64,000 bases of DNA from Octopus sinensis. Its lineage: Eukaryota. The position numbers and the translations under genes were made by a program. Where the stretch lies: assembly GCF_006345805.1 (NCBI RefSeq), contig NC_043006.1:65100001-65164000 (forward strand), given 5' to 3'. Positions 39,958-51,824 of the stretch are shown in pieces. How positions within the stretch are numbered: position 1 is the stretch's first letter; each line of letters starts with the position of its first letter. The notes beneath the pieces were generated by a model. That model was given only the letters and a program-made list of their open reading frames with translations, was not told where the DNA came from and did not search any database.

Positions 39958-40674
39958 TCATCATCATCATCATCATCATCATTTAACGTCCGCTTTCCAT
40001 GCTAGCATGGGTTGGACGGTTCAACTGGGGTCTGGGGAGCCCGAAAGCTGCACCAGTCCAGTCAGATCTGGCAGTGTTTCTACAGCTGGATGCCCTTCCT
40101 AACGCCAACCACTCCGAGAGTGTAGTGGGTGATTTTATGTGCCACCGACACAGGTGCCAGACGAGGCTGGCAAACGGCCACGCTCGGATGGTGTTTTTAT
40201 GTGCCACCGACACAGGTGCCAGACGAGGCTGGCAGACGGCCACGCTCGGATGGTGTTTTTATGTGCCACCGACACAGGTGCCAGATGAGGCTGGCAAACG
40301 GCCACGATCGGATGGTGCTTGTTACGTGCCACAGCACGGAGGCCAGTCGATGCGGTACTGGCTACGGCCACGTTCGGATGGTTTTCTTGTGTGCCACGTG
40401 CCACCGGCACTGGTACCACAAAGATACAAATTCCATTGATGTTCATCTATTTTGATTTGACTTGCTTCAACAGGTCTTCACAAGTGTCACAAGAAGGAAG
40501 GTATGCACAGGTGGACTGACTACGTCCCAGGTAGGGGCCATGGGTTATGGCCTGACTAGTCTTGCCGGGTCTTCGGATGGTGTTTTTATGTGCCACCGAC
40601 ACAGGTGCTAGATGAGCCTGGCGAACGGCCACGATCGGATGGTGTTTGTCATGTGCCCACCGCACTGACTACAG
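39958..40674 (-). mobile_element. Young RTE 3'-UTR/tail retrocopy with internal 62-bp tandem array
   Basis: (TCA)n tail at 39958-39981, the conserved tail shared with more than 15 copies, the array, and a segment homologous to the RTE 3' UTR at about 61050-61190. Confidence 0.9.
40137..40400. repeat. 62-bp minisatellite (3 near-identical units + diverged units)
   Basis: ATGTGCC unit starts at 40137, 40199, 40261 (period 62) and 40324 (diverged). Confidence 0.95.
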
Positions 40675-40694
40675 CAGGTTAGAAATTTCTCCAA

Positions 40695-40740
40695 GACACC
40701 TGATGAAGGCTGGAGAGTATATCAGCCGAAACGTTGTGTT
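40695..40740 (+). ncRNA. Minimal type I hammerhead ribozyme (PLE-type)
   Basis: GACAC-CTGATGA-A-GGCTG-gagagtatat-CAGCC-GAAA-CG-TT-GTGTT. Stem I GACAC/GTGTT, core CUGAUGA (40700-40706), stem II GGCTG/CAGCC, GAAA (40728-40731), palindromic stem III AACGTT (40730-40735), GUU cleavage triplet. Confidence 0.85.
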
Positions 40741-42079
40741 AACAACAAACAAGATGAGGACAAATATCTGTCAAATGTAAATAAGTTACTTGCTGTAAGG
40801 CAACTACACAGCTACTCATGTTATAGAAGAGAGGAGTGGGGAATGAGTGGGCTGGAACTGGAAAGAGAAAAGATAGTGGTAATAAGGGGGGTCAGACTGG
40901 ATCCTCAAGATACAAGGTGAGTATCACCTCTACCGCAGGATACCTGTTTCTGTTCTTCTGTCATAAAGCTACCTCATTCTCTATAAGACCTTCCACTCAG
41001 TCAAGTGGTCTAGTCTTGTGACTTACTTGGTGGCCTCACTAGTGCCAGTGTCGTGAAAGAAAGCACCCAGTACACATTGTAAAGTGGTTGGTGTTAGTAA
41101 GGACATCCAACTACAGGAAGCATGCCAAAGCTGATACTGGAGTGCAACGCTTTCCTCCAGTTCACTGGATGTTGTCAAACTGTCCAAACAATATCAACAT
41201 AAAAGACAGACAATGAATGATGATGATGCTCCTGCACAATACAAGGCTTTGTTCCCTCTTCATTTCAGGAACCAATTCAACAGCTTCCCACTGCACCATG
41301 GAATAGCAGCATCTGCATTGAATATTCCAAGAGCAATTACATAAGAGTGCTTATTGAAATGAGAATGTTTGTGGGTATGCACATGAATGTGTGCATGTGT
41401 AGGTGTGTATGAGGGGTTACATGTGTACATAGCCTGTATATATATATTTTCTTTGTGTATGTCTGTATGTATGTGCTTAAGTATGTGTGCACGTGTGTCT
41501 ATGTGTAAGGGTTTTGAGTAGCATGTTTGTGTGAGGGAGTGCCAGATACACACCCACAAACATCTACATACATGCATATGCACATGTGCCAACATTTGAA
41601 ACTATTATTATATACATAGATACACATACACTCTGTATATATATATATATATACAGAGATACAACAATAAACCTGTTCAAACCCATCATATGGACAACCC
41701 CCACCAGTGCTGGTGCCATGTAAAGTACTGCTTGACAATGTATATAAAGAGGCATCCAGTAGACTCTAAAGTGTCTCCTGAATGCTTTTGTATATACTGT
41801 CAGGTAGTGACAACACATAGCTAAAGAGTGCTGCAAAGGCTATCTGTATAGTGCAGCTGCCACAAAAAATGCACCCACTGTAAAATATCTGTAGTGAGGT
41901 AAGGCATCCAGCTGCAAAAACCAAGCCAAAAAAAGTGAGACATTGGAAGAAGATATTGTCCTCTGATCCAATAGAACCTGTTCAGCCATCTAATCCATGC
42001 CAGCAAGGAAAAACAAACATAAAATGATGAAAATTATCGATTCATACATACATACATTACATACATACTAACAACTACT

Positions 42080-42880
42080 GGTGATTCCACATCTACGATA
42101 CAACTGCTGGTAACTTCCATATGAACAGTGATATTTGGAGGATCTATGTCAAACATTATGATGAAAGTAGAGGTAGAAATTCAGTCAAAACAGTCTCTGG
42201 GTGTTGTCTAAATGATACTCACAGTATCATTTAACAGTAAGGACAGAAATGATTACATCATGTGTATACTCAATAGTGAAAATAATAGGATGAGATTGGG
42301 CAAAGAGCTCTTGGAATAGGTGCTTGGAGTGCCAGCTGTTCCCTGTGCACCAAAGGTAGCTGGACCGACTTAAATAGAAAATCGGAAGATAACTAGTCAT
42401 TAAAGCAGCAGGATGTTATGCATGGGTGCATATCCTTGCAAGCTGGAGAATACTAGCAACAATGACCTATGAGAGATACATTATATCTCACTTAGGTTAC
42501 ACCACTGCTGTCCAAGAACAAAAAAATAGCTGCTAAATATCTGGTTAACAAGAGTGATCGAAAATCCTCCAGATTTCCATGTGAGAGAAAATGCTGACTG
42601 TCGTAGCAGTGTGGAAGATACAACTCTTGTCATCTGCAACTGTCCAAAAATGCCTGAAAGATACAACTGCCATCCCCATAAAAAATGACATTATCGCTGA
42701 AACCAGCAACAATGCTATACACAGGATGGATTGTCTTGATGGATGTACCAAAGGCATACAAGAACCAGACATTAAAAAACATAATGTTGATGGAATATTC
42801 TAATAAAAACAGCAACCTGTTATAAACACAGCAGGGCAGATACTGTTCTGGGGCGGGAAGGACAAAAGTCATGCACTAGT
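42080..42880 (+). mobile_element. R4/Dong-like LINE C-terminal remnant with CCHC knuckle
   Basis: Across frameshifts: GYTTAVQEQ-IAAKYLVNKSDRK...RKC*L-CRSSVEDTTLVICNCPKMPERY, resembling AIQEQEIxTKYL...KCRLC...EDITHIISSCPKM..RY. Confidence 0.7.
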
Positions 42881-43489
42881 GTAGAAATGAGCTGCTTGGC
42901 AGATTTGTTTTGTCTAAAACTGAGTAAATGAAGAACTAATGAGAAACTTATAGCTCTTATATCCAGACTACAGACATTTATTTGTAGCCAGTGTCTTAGG
43001 TGTTCTGGACTATGTAATGGCCTGGAAATGCTGGGTTTCTCCTAAAAAGAACAAAGCACTCTCTATATACAACTGATTAGTTGTATTTGGAGAGTGCAGA
43101 ATGTTCCAAGGATTCTCTATCAGAGGGTCTTGAGTTGGAAACACACACATGTATGTATGGAACACACACACACAGAAGCAGTAATGAAGCACAAACATTT
43201 GTGTATGAAAGAGACATGCACACACACACACACACACCACACACACAAACATACCAAACAACTCAGATATCCACAAAACACATGAACTGTTTTGATTTAA
43301 TCAAATGAGGCTTGCTACATTCTTCATGACCAGCTTCAATTCTAAATAAATATGTTTGTGTGTGCATGCATAAGTGTATACACATGCAAACACATACATA
43401 TATGCACACATATATTCATACATATGCATGGAAGATGGACGTTAAACAATGATGGTGATGATGATACATACACATACACCATCCAAACA

Positions 43490-43780
43490 TGGTTGATGTC
43501 AGTGTCCCCTAACTGGCTCCTGTGCCGGTGACACGTAAAAAGCACCATTCAAGTATTGTTGATGCCAGTACTGCCTGACTGGCCCTCATGCTGGTGGCAC
43601 GTAAAAAGCAACCACTACACTCTCAGAGTGGTAGTCATTAGGAAGAGCATCCAGCTGTAGAAACATTACCCGATCAGATTGGAGCTTGGTGCAGCTTCCT
43701 GGCTTGCCGGTCCTCAGTCAAACCATCCAACTCATGTCAGTATGGAAAGTGGATGTTAAACGATGATGATGATGATGACA
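43490..43780 (+). mobile_element. RTE-tail retrocopy with 2 repeat units
   Basis: Repeat units followed by the conserved tail and (GAT)n. Confidence 0.88.
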
Positions 43781-44109
43781 ACACACCAACACACATGCAT
43801 ATATACTCATACACAAATGTATAAATACAAGCACACAGACACACACATGCATCATTATATGTTAAGATATGATTTTTCATGATGTCTACAGGCGTGCATA
43901 GAAGGAACTTGCACAAAATTTGCAGAAGTTGGCTGAAACCAGGTCAACAACAGCAAATGTGCACAATCTAGTACATCATCACTTCTCAATATTCTATGCC
44001 CCTGATGTATGAAATGTGTGTTGTTTAGTGGTTAGGGTATTCAGCCCATGATTGTAAGGTTGTGAGTTTGATAAACACGCACAGACACACAAGAAGGAAG
44101 GAAAGAAAG

Positions 44110-44340
44110 TGTGATGCTCATTAAAAGCCACAGCAAATAGTCGTAATCCCAATTCAGTTCCCTGAGTGACTCCACTAAGAACTAACGTCTCCACTGAGAG
44201 AGCAGTGTTGGCTGGAAGTGCCTGAAGTTTACCTTTTTATGTCATTAAGCTATTCCCTTAGTTTCCTAACTCTGCTGAAATTCCAGAGTTTGTGACATAT
44301 TCCAGGATTAACTTTATTGAATGCCTTCCTTTGCAAGATA
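44110..44340 (-). mobile_element. CR1/L2-type RT fragment
   Basis: ORF 43994..44194 begins VLSGVTQGTELGLRLFAVAFNE, resembling SGVPQGSxLGPxLFxxxIND. Confidence 0.65.
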
Positions 44341-44399
44341 TGTCTCATTCATATTTAGATCACTGAGCTGTTATTTCAATGCTAATGCTTGTTTTTGTT

Positions 44400-44790
44400 T
44401 TTTTCTTTAATTTGCTTCAGTCATTAGGCTATGGCCATGCTGGGGCACTGCTTTGAGGAATTTTTAGTCGAATAAATTGACCCCATTACTAATCATTTCT
44501 TTTCCAGCCTAGTACTTATTTTATCAGTCTCTTTTGCCAAACAGCTAAGATACAGGGCCATAAACACACCAACACCACTTGTCAAGCAGTGCTGGTGGGC
44601 AAACACAGACACAAATACACACACACACAACACATGCAAGGCTTCTTTCAGTTTCTCTCTACCAAATCCATTCAGAAGGCTTTGGTCAGCTTGAGGTTAG
44701 AGTAGAGAACACTTGCCCAAGGTGCCACAGAGTAGGGCTGAACCCAGAACCATATGGTTTGGAAGCAAGCTTCTTACCACACAGCCATGT
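44400..44790 (-). mobile_element. SINE family A
   Basis: Near full-length reverse-complement copy. Confidence 0.9.
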
Positions 44791-45214
44791 ATGTGCCTGT
44801 TTGTATAAGTAAAGTCCATATCATCCCATCTGTTATTCTTTGAATGGTTAGTTTTACTTTGTCTCGAGTTAGAACTAGTTTTCTTTATACATTTAATTTT
44901 AGATTACGAGGTCAAGGATGTTAGGTCACCACACCTACTTTTATTCCTAGGGTCACTAGTCACAGATTGAGTAGTGGGGATTTTGTTTTATCTATGTTTA
45001 AGTTTTCATAACTATGTAAATAAGTGTGTCTATGTTTTGTTTGGAATTAGGAGTGGATTCAATGTGCTTGTTTATTTTAGAGATAGTCAAGGTTACCAAG
45101 TGGGAAAAGTGTTGTTGAGAATGACAATTTCATCATAAATAAATTAAAAACGTCATCAGATTTTTGTTTGAATTGAAAGTAACATACATACACAAATATA
45201 TGCATACACATCAT

Positions 45215-45630
45215 CACCTGAAAGGCACAGGCTATTGGATGATGATGTTTCCCAACCACAAGGTTCCAGGTTCAATCCCATTGTGTGGCACCTTGGCAAC
45301 TTGTCTTCTACAATAGCCTTGGGCCAACCAAAGCCTTGTGAGTGGATTTGGTAGACAAGAGACTGAAAGAAACCTGTCATATATATATATATATATATAA
45401 ATATACACACACACACAAATATGTGTGTCCCACCACTGCTTAGCAACTGGTGTTGGTGTGCTTATGTCTCCGTAACTTAGTGGTTTGGCAAAAAGACTGA
45501 TAGGATAAGTATCAGGCTTAAAGCAGAAAATGCACTGCCCGGGGGTGGGGGATATCGATTCATTCGACTAAAAATTCTTCTTCAAGGCAGTGCCCCAGCA
45601 TGGCCATAATCCAAAGACAAAAACAAGATA
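45215..45630 (+). mobile_element. SINE family A
   Basis: Near full-length copy. Confidence 0.9.
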
Positions 45631-48600
45631 AAAAATCCTCTGCCGTGTTTTTTAACATCCACTCTTACATGCTTGTATTACTGAGAGGAGTTTCAATGAA
45701 GCAGATTTTCCAGTCAAATATACTTGCTCCTATCACCAACCTGATTTCCAAGCAAGGTGATATTTCTCCATGGCTAAACATCGTTTCATAGAAGGGAAGG
45801 AATGACACCACTTCTGTTACAGTGAGGCTTCTTCACAATGATTGCACTGTGTCAAAATACACACACACACACAATCATCATCATCATTTAACATCCATTG
45901 TCCATGCTGGCATGATTTGGACGGTTTGACATGGACTGGTAAGATGAGAGGCTGCACCAGACTCCAGCCTGATTTGGGCATGTTTTCTATGGCTGGATGC
46001 TCTTTCTAATGCCAACCACTCCAAGAGTATAATGGGTGCTTTTACATGCCAACGGCACAGGTGATATTTGCATGACACCGATATCTGCCACAACTGTGAT
46101 TTTGCTTGGCTTGATGGGTCTTCTTCTCAAGCATGACATAATGCCAAAGGTATATATATATATATATCGACTATACATACACAAATATATACATACATAT
46201 TTAGACTACATACACAGACATTTACATATATACAGAACTTCATATATATACATATACATGCACACACACTCACATATTTCAGTTTCCTTGTATAGTAGAA
46301 GACACTTGCCCAAGGTGTTAATTGAACATAAAACCATGTAATTGGGAAGCAAACTTCTGAACCACACATCACACATGTATACATATAGTTATAAACATAC
46401 ATACTATTATATAAATACACTTATACATACACATATGCACAACTGTGTGTGTGTATGTGCATACACACATAATATACAACATACTTGCACATATACATCG
46501 TCATTTAAATATCCATTTTCCCATGCTTGCATGGGCCAGATGGAATTCAATGAGGTAGATTTTCTACAGTCTACAGCTGGATGCCCTTCCTGCTGCTAAC
46601 CTTCAGGTGTCAGGAAAAGTATCTGGCTATAAAAATATCTAGTCCCAATGTACTCTCATATGACCCATGCAAATATGGGAAAAAAAGATTGTAAAACCAT
46701 GACAAAGAAATATGGTGTGTGTGTGTGTGTGTGTGTGCATACACACATATATATAACATATTTACATACATATAAACCTGTTGCTTGAAATCTATATGTA
46801 AGTACACAAACATACATACATATATATACTGGCTAACTGGTCCGTTCAGGTGGCACATAAAAAATATCATTCAAGCACGGCCAATGCCAGTACCGCCAGA
46901 CTGGCCCTTGTGCCGGTGGCACGTAAAAAGCACCCACTACACTCTCGGAGTGGTTGGTGTTAGGAAGGACATCCAGCTGTAGAAACATTGCCAGATCGGA
47001 GTGAAGCCTGGTACAGCCTTCTGGCTCACCAGCCCTCAGTCAAACCGTCAAACCCATGCCAGCATGGAAGGCAGACATTAAATGACAATGATATACACAT
47101 ACACATCCTCATTTACATTCATTTTCCATGCCAGCATAGGTTAAATAGTGACAGAATTGAAGGAGTTGGAGGGCTGCCGACATTCCCTTGTCTCAGTTTT
47201 TGGATAGGATTTCTATGGCTCGATGGCCCTCAAAATGCCAATAATTTCACAAAATGTCTGTTCTTTTAATCTTTTTTATTAATTTTGTACTTGGTGCCAC
47301 CAGCACTGGCAAAATTGTGTTGCAACTAACAAAACTAATGAACTTAATGTGCTCTCATGTCTGAAAGAAGATTAGAGTGACACATTGTAGGCAAAATGAT
47401 GAGAAAGAGTATGAAAGAGGAACAGATTTATTTTTGTGTGAGGGTAGCAATGGAGAGAGTAAGAGAGCAGGCACTATTTGGAGAGGAACACCAGTAAGGA
47501 GAAGGGATATTTGTATCAAGGTTCGATCAGTGAAAGATGGTGGAAAGAGTGGAGGTATGTGGCTTAGTGGTCAGGGTGTTGGACTCATGATTGTAAGATT
47601 GTGGTTTCAATTCCTGGACAAACAATGTGTTGTGTTCTTGAGCAAAACACTTCATTTCAAGCAGCTCAAGCCCACTCTGACTATTTCCTGCAACAAGTAG
47701 AATCGCTGTCATCCATACATACAGGTTCATCCTTTACAAGTGCTGGTGCCACATAAAATGCACTCATGCCGGTGCTGCATAAATGCATCCATGCTGGAGA
47801 CACATAAAAAGCAGTCAGCATAAGTGGTTAGCATTAGGAAGGGCGTCCAGCTGTAAAAACCATGCCACAACAGACAATCGGAGTCTGGACCACTCCTGCC
47901 AAACCATCTAACCCATGCCAACATGGAAAACAGATGTTAGAAACAAGCCCTCCGTGTCTATATGACTTGGGAAGGATCTTTATTTCATTTTTACCAGTGA
48001 GAGGGAGGAGAAAGAGAGAATAATAGAATATTGAATACGATGGGTTGTGAAAGGTAAATCCAATGACGTCCTACATTATAACAGTGAATATGAGCAGAAA
48101 GTCTGGCAGTTGGGGAAGAAAATAATTTTGAAATACTTGAGGATGAAGATATTGAAGTGAGAATCTGTAGAATATATTAGCAAGTTGTGGAAGGCAGGCT
48201 AATACACACACCATCCTCATCACTAACATTAATTTTTCTCCCACTTTCTATGCTGGCACTGGTTAAACAGGATCCAACAGGCTACAGAACCACTCCTTGC
48301 ACCAGGGTATCAGTTTTGGCATGGTCTCTACAGCTGAAAGCGCTTCCTAACCCCACCACTTATCAGCATGTTCAGAGTAAAATGGATGACATTAGGAAAG
48401 GCATTCTAGATACACTCAAACTTACATACATATTGTATGCCCCCGCCACCCACAGACACATTGGTTGTAACATCAAAGTAATGGATTCATTATATCATTT
48501 TGCTCAAGAAAAGGCAAGGCCATAGAATGAACAACATTAATGCCAATGTGCCTTAACACACACACAGAGTTGTGGCTGTGTGGTAATGTGCTTGCTTCCC

Positions 48601-50924
48601 AACTACATGGCTCAGGGTTCAGTCCCATTGCGTGGCACGTTGGGCAAGTGTCTTCTTGCAAGAAACTCAAAAAAACCTGTCCTACATGTGTGTCTCTTTG
48701 TTCATTCCCCCACCATCACTTGACAACCGGTGTTGGTGTGTTTACATTCCCATAACTTAGTGGTTCGGCAAAAGAAAGCAATACAGTGGGTACCAGGCTT
48801 TAAAAAAAGTACAGAGTTTGATTCAGTTGACTAAAATTCAGTATAATGGCTGAAACAAATAAAAGAGAAAATGATACACACACATTATACATATCTACAT
48901 CTACACACACACAGACGTATATGCATGTGTGTGAACAAATGACTCAAAACCAATTAATTGACTGATATAACAAGATGGCCTTTGAAATGAAGAGACAACA
49001 GAATCAGTTTGATGTGTGGATAGATAAACATATTGATTGATCAATATATATATATATATCTTTGAAGACTGTAAAGTTATTTTGGATTACAAATCAGAAA
49101 GTAGGAAGAAGTGTGCAAGAAATGTTTAGGAGAGGTGGTCACAGCTTCAAAGCAAGGAGTAAAGGATTAAGCTGAAATTCATAAACTTGAAAAGAGCAAA
49201 CAGTGAAAAGAGGATGGTAAAGAAATTAATTAAAACATGACACACATGCATACACCCACACATACGCACAGATATATACATGCATAAATATGTATGTCTG
49301 TATATACATATACATATATAAGCAGGTACATATATATACACACATACATGCATGCATATACATATGCCCATGTTCATATGAACACACACACACACACATA
49401 CAACTAAATATATATAAAAGCAGGTAACGCCTAGTATCTGAGAAATTTGCTTTAAAATCATTGTAAGTATTTTCTCAGTCAAAGGCCACTGTATGAAGAT
49501 TGCCAAAACAAAATTTTTCAGAAGAGGGAATCACTTGAAGGGGTGGATAATAGGCTATGTACCATTTTTTTAAATGACAATAAATTAAAGTTTGTTTTTT
49601 TTAGCTGACAAATTGTATTTTGTTTAGATATTCACTATCATTATGTGTGTATGTGTGTGTGTAAAACTAGAAAGCTGTATAAAAAACAAATTTCAACCAA
49701 TGATATTCACCACTGGTATTCACTTCATTCCCCACCCTGTATAAGTTGTGTACATGTGTTTCAACAGCATATGGTAAATGACCCGAAAGAAGTCAAAAGG
49801 AATACTATTTTCTTACCAGCTACTTGCAAAATTTAATTATGAAAGGTAAGAACAACCCTATTGAATATCTAATTAAATTATTGACTGGGAACTTTCAACG
49901 GTGCTGGTTTTGTCTGCATGTAACTATCATTTCTATCTTTAACTTGTTGCAGTCATTGGTCTGTAGTCAGACTGTAGTCATACCGAAGCACCAACTTGGA
50001 AGTATTTAGCTGAACCAATCAATCCTGGTACTTAATTTTTACAGATATAAAGATAGATGTGTATGTATGTTTATATGATAGACATCTTTCAGATTCTGCA
50101 TACCAAATCCACTCACAAGGCTTTGGTCGGCCCGTGGCTGTAGAAGACACTTGCCCAAGGTGCCATGCAGTGGGACTGGATCCAGAACCATGTGGCTAGG
50201 ATGTAAACTTCTTACCATACAGCCATGCCTACACCTATCAAGTATTTGTTTCTGCTCTCTGTGCTCTGATTTCAAATTCTGCTGAGGGCAAAAAGGTGCT
50301 ACACATTTTTTTCTTTTACTTATTTCTGACATTAGACTGCAGCTATATAGGGGTACTGCCTTGAAGGGCTTATGCAAATAAATTGACCCCAATACCGTTT
50401 TTTTTTTGTTTTAAGTCTTTTGCCAAACTGCTAAGTTATGGAACACAAAAATCTCAATGATTATCATGGATGAATGGGTGTGACAAACACAAAGATGACA
50501 AACATAAAGATATAGACATCATTTCTTTATTGTTTTGCTTTTTATAAAATTGTAGTATACAATGCTTGAAACAAAAAAAAAAGCAAAAAAAAAAGGAGAA
50601 AAAATATAAAATGTTATGGGGAAAGATAAATATTACACAGCATTAAATATCCATTTGGGGCTACTTTCTAACACAATCTGATATTTTCTGAAAATTTATA
50701 TTTTTTTTTACATTTTGTGAAACTGATGTAATTACTCTACAACCATCAACAAACTATTGTCATTGTCCATAGAGGACATCTCTATTATCCTTCTATCATT
50801 TCATAGTTTTTCATTACAAAACTAATTGGGTGTCTTTATTTTATGTATAAATAAACACAGGCAATGTTGGCTACCTAAGTACTTGTACTTCTACATACAT
50901 ATATATGTGTGTGTATGTACATAT

Positions 50925-51270
50925 ATCATCATCATTGTTTAACGTCCACTTTCCATGCTGGCATGGGCTGGATGGTTTGACTGAGACCTGGCAAGCCAGG
51001 AGGCTGCACCAGGCTCCGATCTGATCTAGCAAGGTTTCTACAGCAGGATACCCTACCTAATGCCAACCACTCTTGAGTGTAGTGGGTGCTTTTTACATGC
51101 CACCAGCACGGGATCAGTCAGGCAGCACTGGCATCAACCACAATAATGACTTCACTTGACTCAACAGACCTTTCCTCAAGCACAGTTTATTGCCCAATGA
51201 TTGAAGGGTACTCTTAAACAGGCTGGTTATGCTGCACTGGCATAGGCCACGGTTACAGTTTCACTTGGCT
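50925..51270 (-). mobile_element. RTE 3'-UTR/tail retrocopy
   Basis: Tail, short repeat region and UTR segment homologous to about 61050-61190. Confidence 0.85.
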
Positions 51271-51745
51271 TATATATATATATAGATGTTACACACTTGT
51301 GCATATTTTATATACATATATAAACATATATACATACACAGATGTACACAAACACATATATACACTAGGGATTGTTTTATATATATATAAATATGTATGC
51401 ATGTATTTCTTGACCAGTTCATCTCTATAACAAACATAGCCGTGTGTATGTGTGTGAAATGCTTAATGGTATTTCATCTGTCTTTACATTCTGAATTCAA
51501 ATTCCACCGAAGTCGACTTTGCCTCTCATCCTTTTGGGATCAATAAAATATGTACCAGCTGAGCACCGTGGTCAATATAATCAACTTAACTACTCCTGGG
51601 TATGAATACAAAAAAAACTGTATCCCTCTGCCAGCTATGTCAAGCCATTCTCTGGTAGAGAGAATATGCTGAGGCTCTCATCCTGCAGTGGACTGAACAT
51701 GGGCATTCTAATCTGTGTGTATACATTTCTATCCAACAAGATTCT

Positions 51746-51824
<79 letters not shown>

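Larger units (their letters stand above)
39838..40782 (+). mobile_element. tRNA-headed short element carrying a hammerhead ribozyme, split by insertion 39958-40674
   Basis: A-box-like TGGTGTAGTGG at 39856-39866 in a tRNA-like head GTGGTGTAGTGGTTAAGAGC. 3' half 40675-40782 carries the hammerhead. AAGTTACTTG flanks the whole unit (39828-39837, 40783-40792). Joining the two halves is inference. Confidence 0.7.

Noticed and set aside
40137-40400. CRISPR-like repeat array
   Set aside because: Units repeat along their whole 62 bp, with no unique spacers. It is embedded in a retroposon 3' UTR in eukaryotic DNA, with no cas genes.
39983-40665. Overlapping 70-146 aa ORFs on both strands
   Set aside because: A by-product of the GC-rich, stop-poor tandem repeat.
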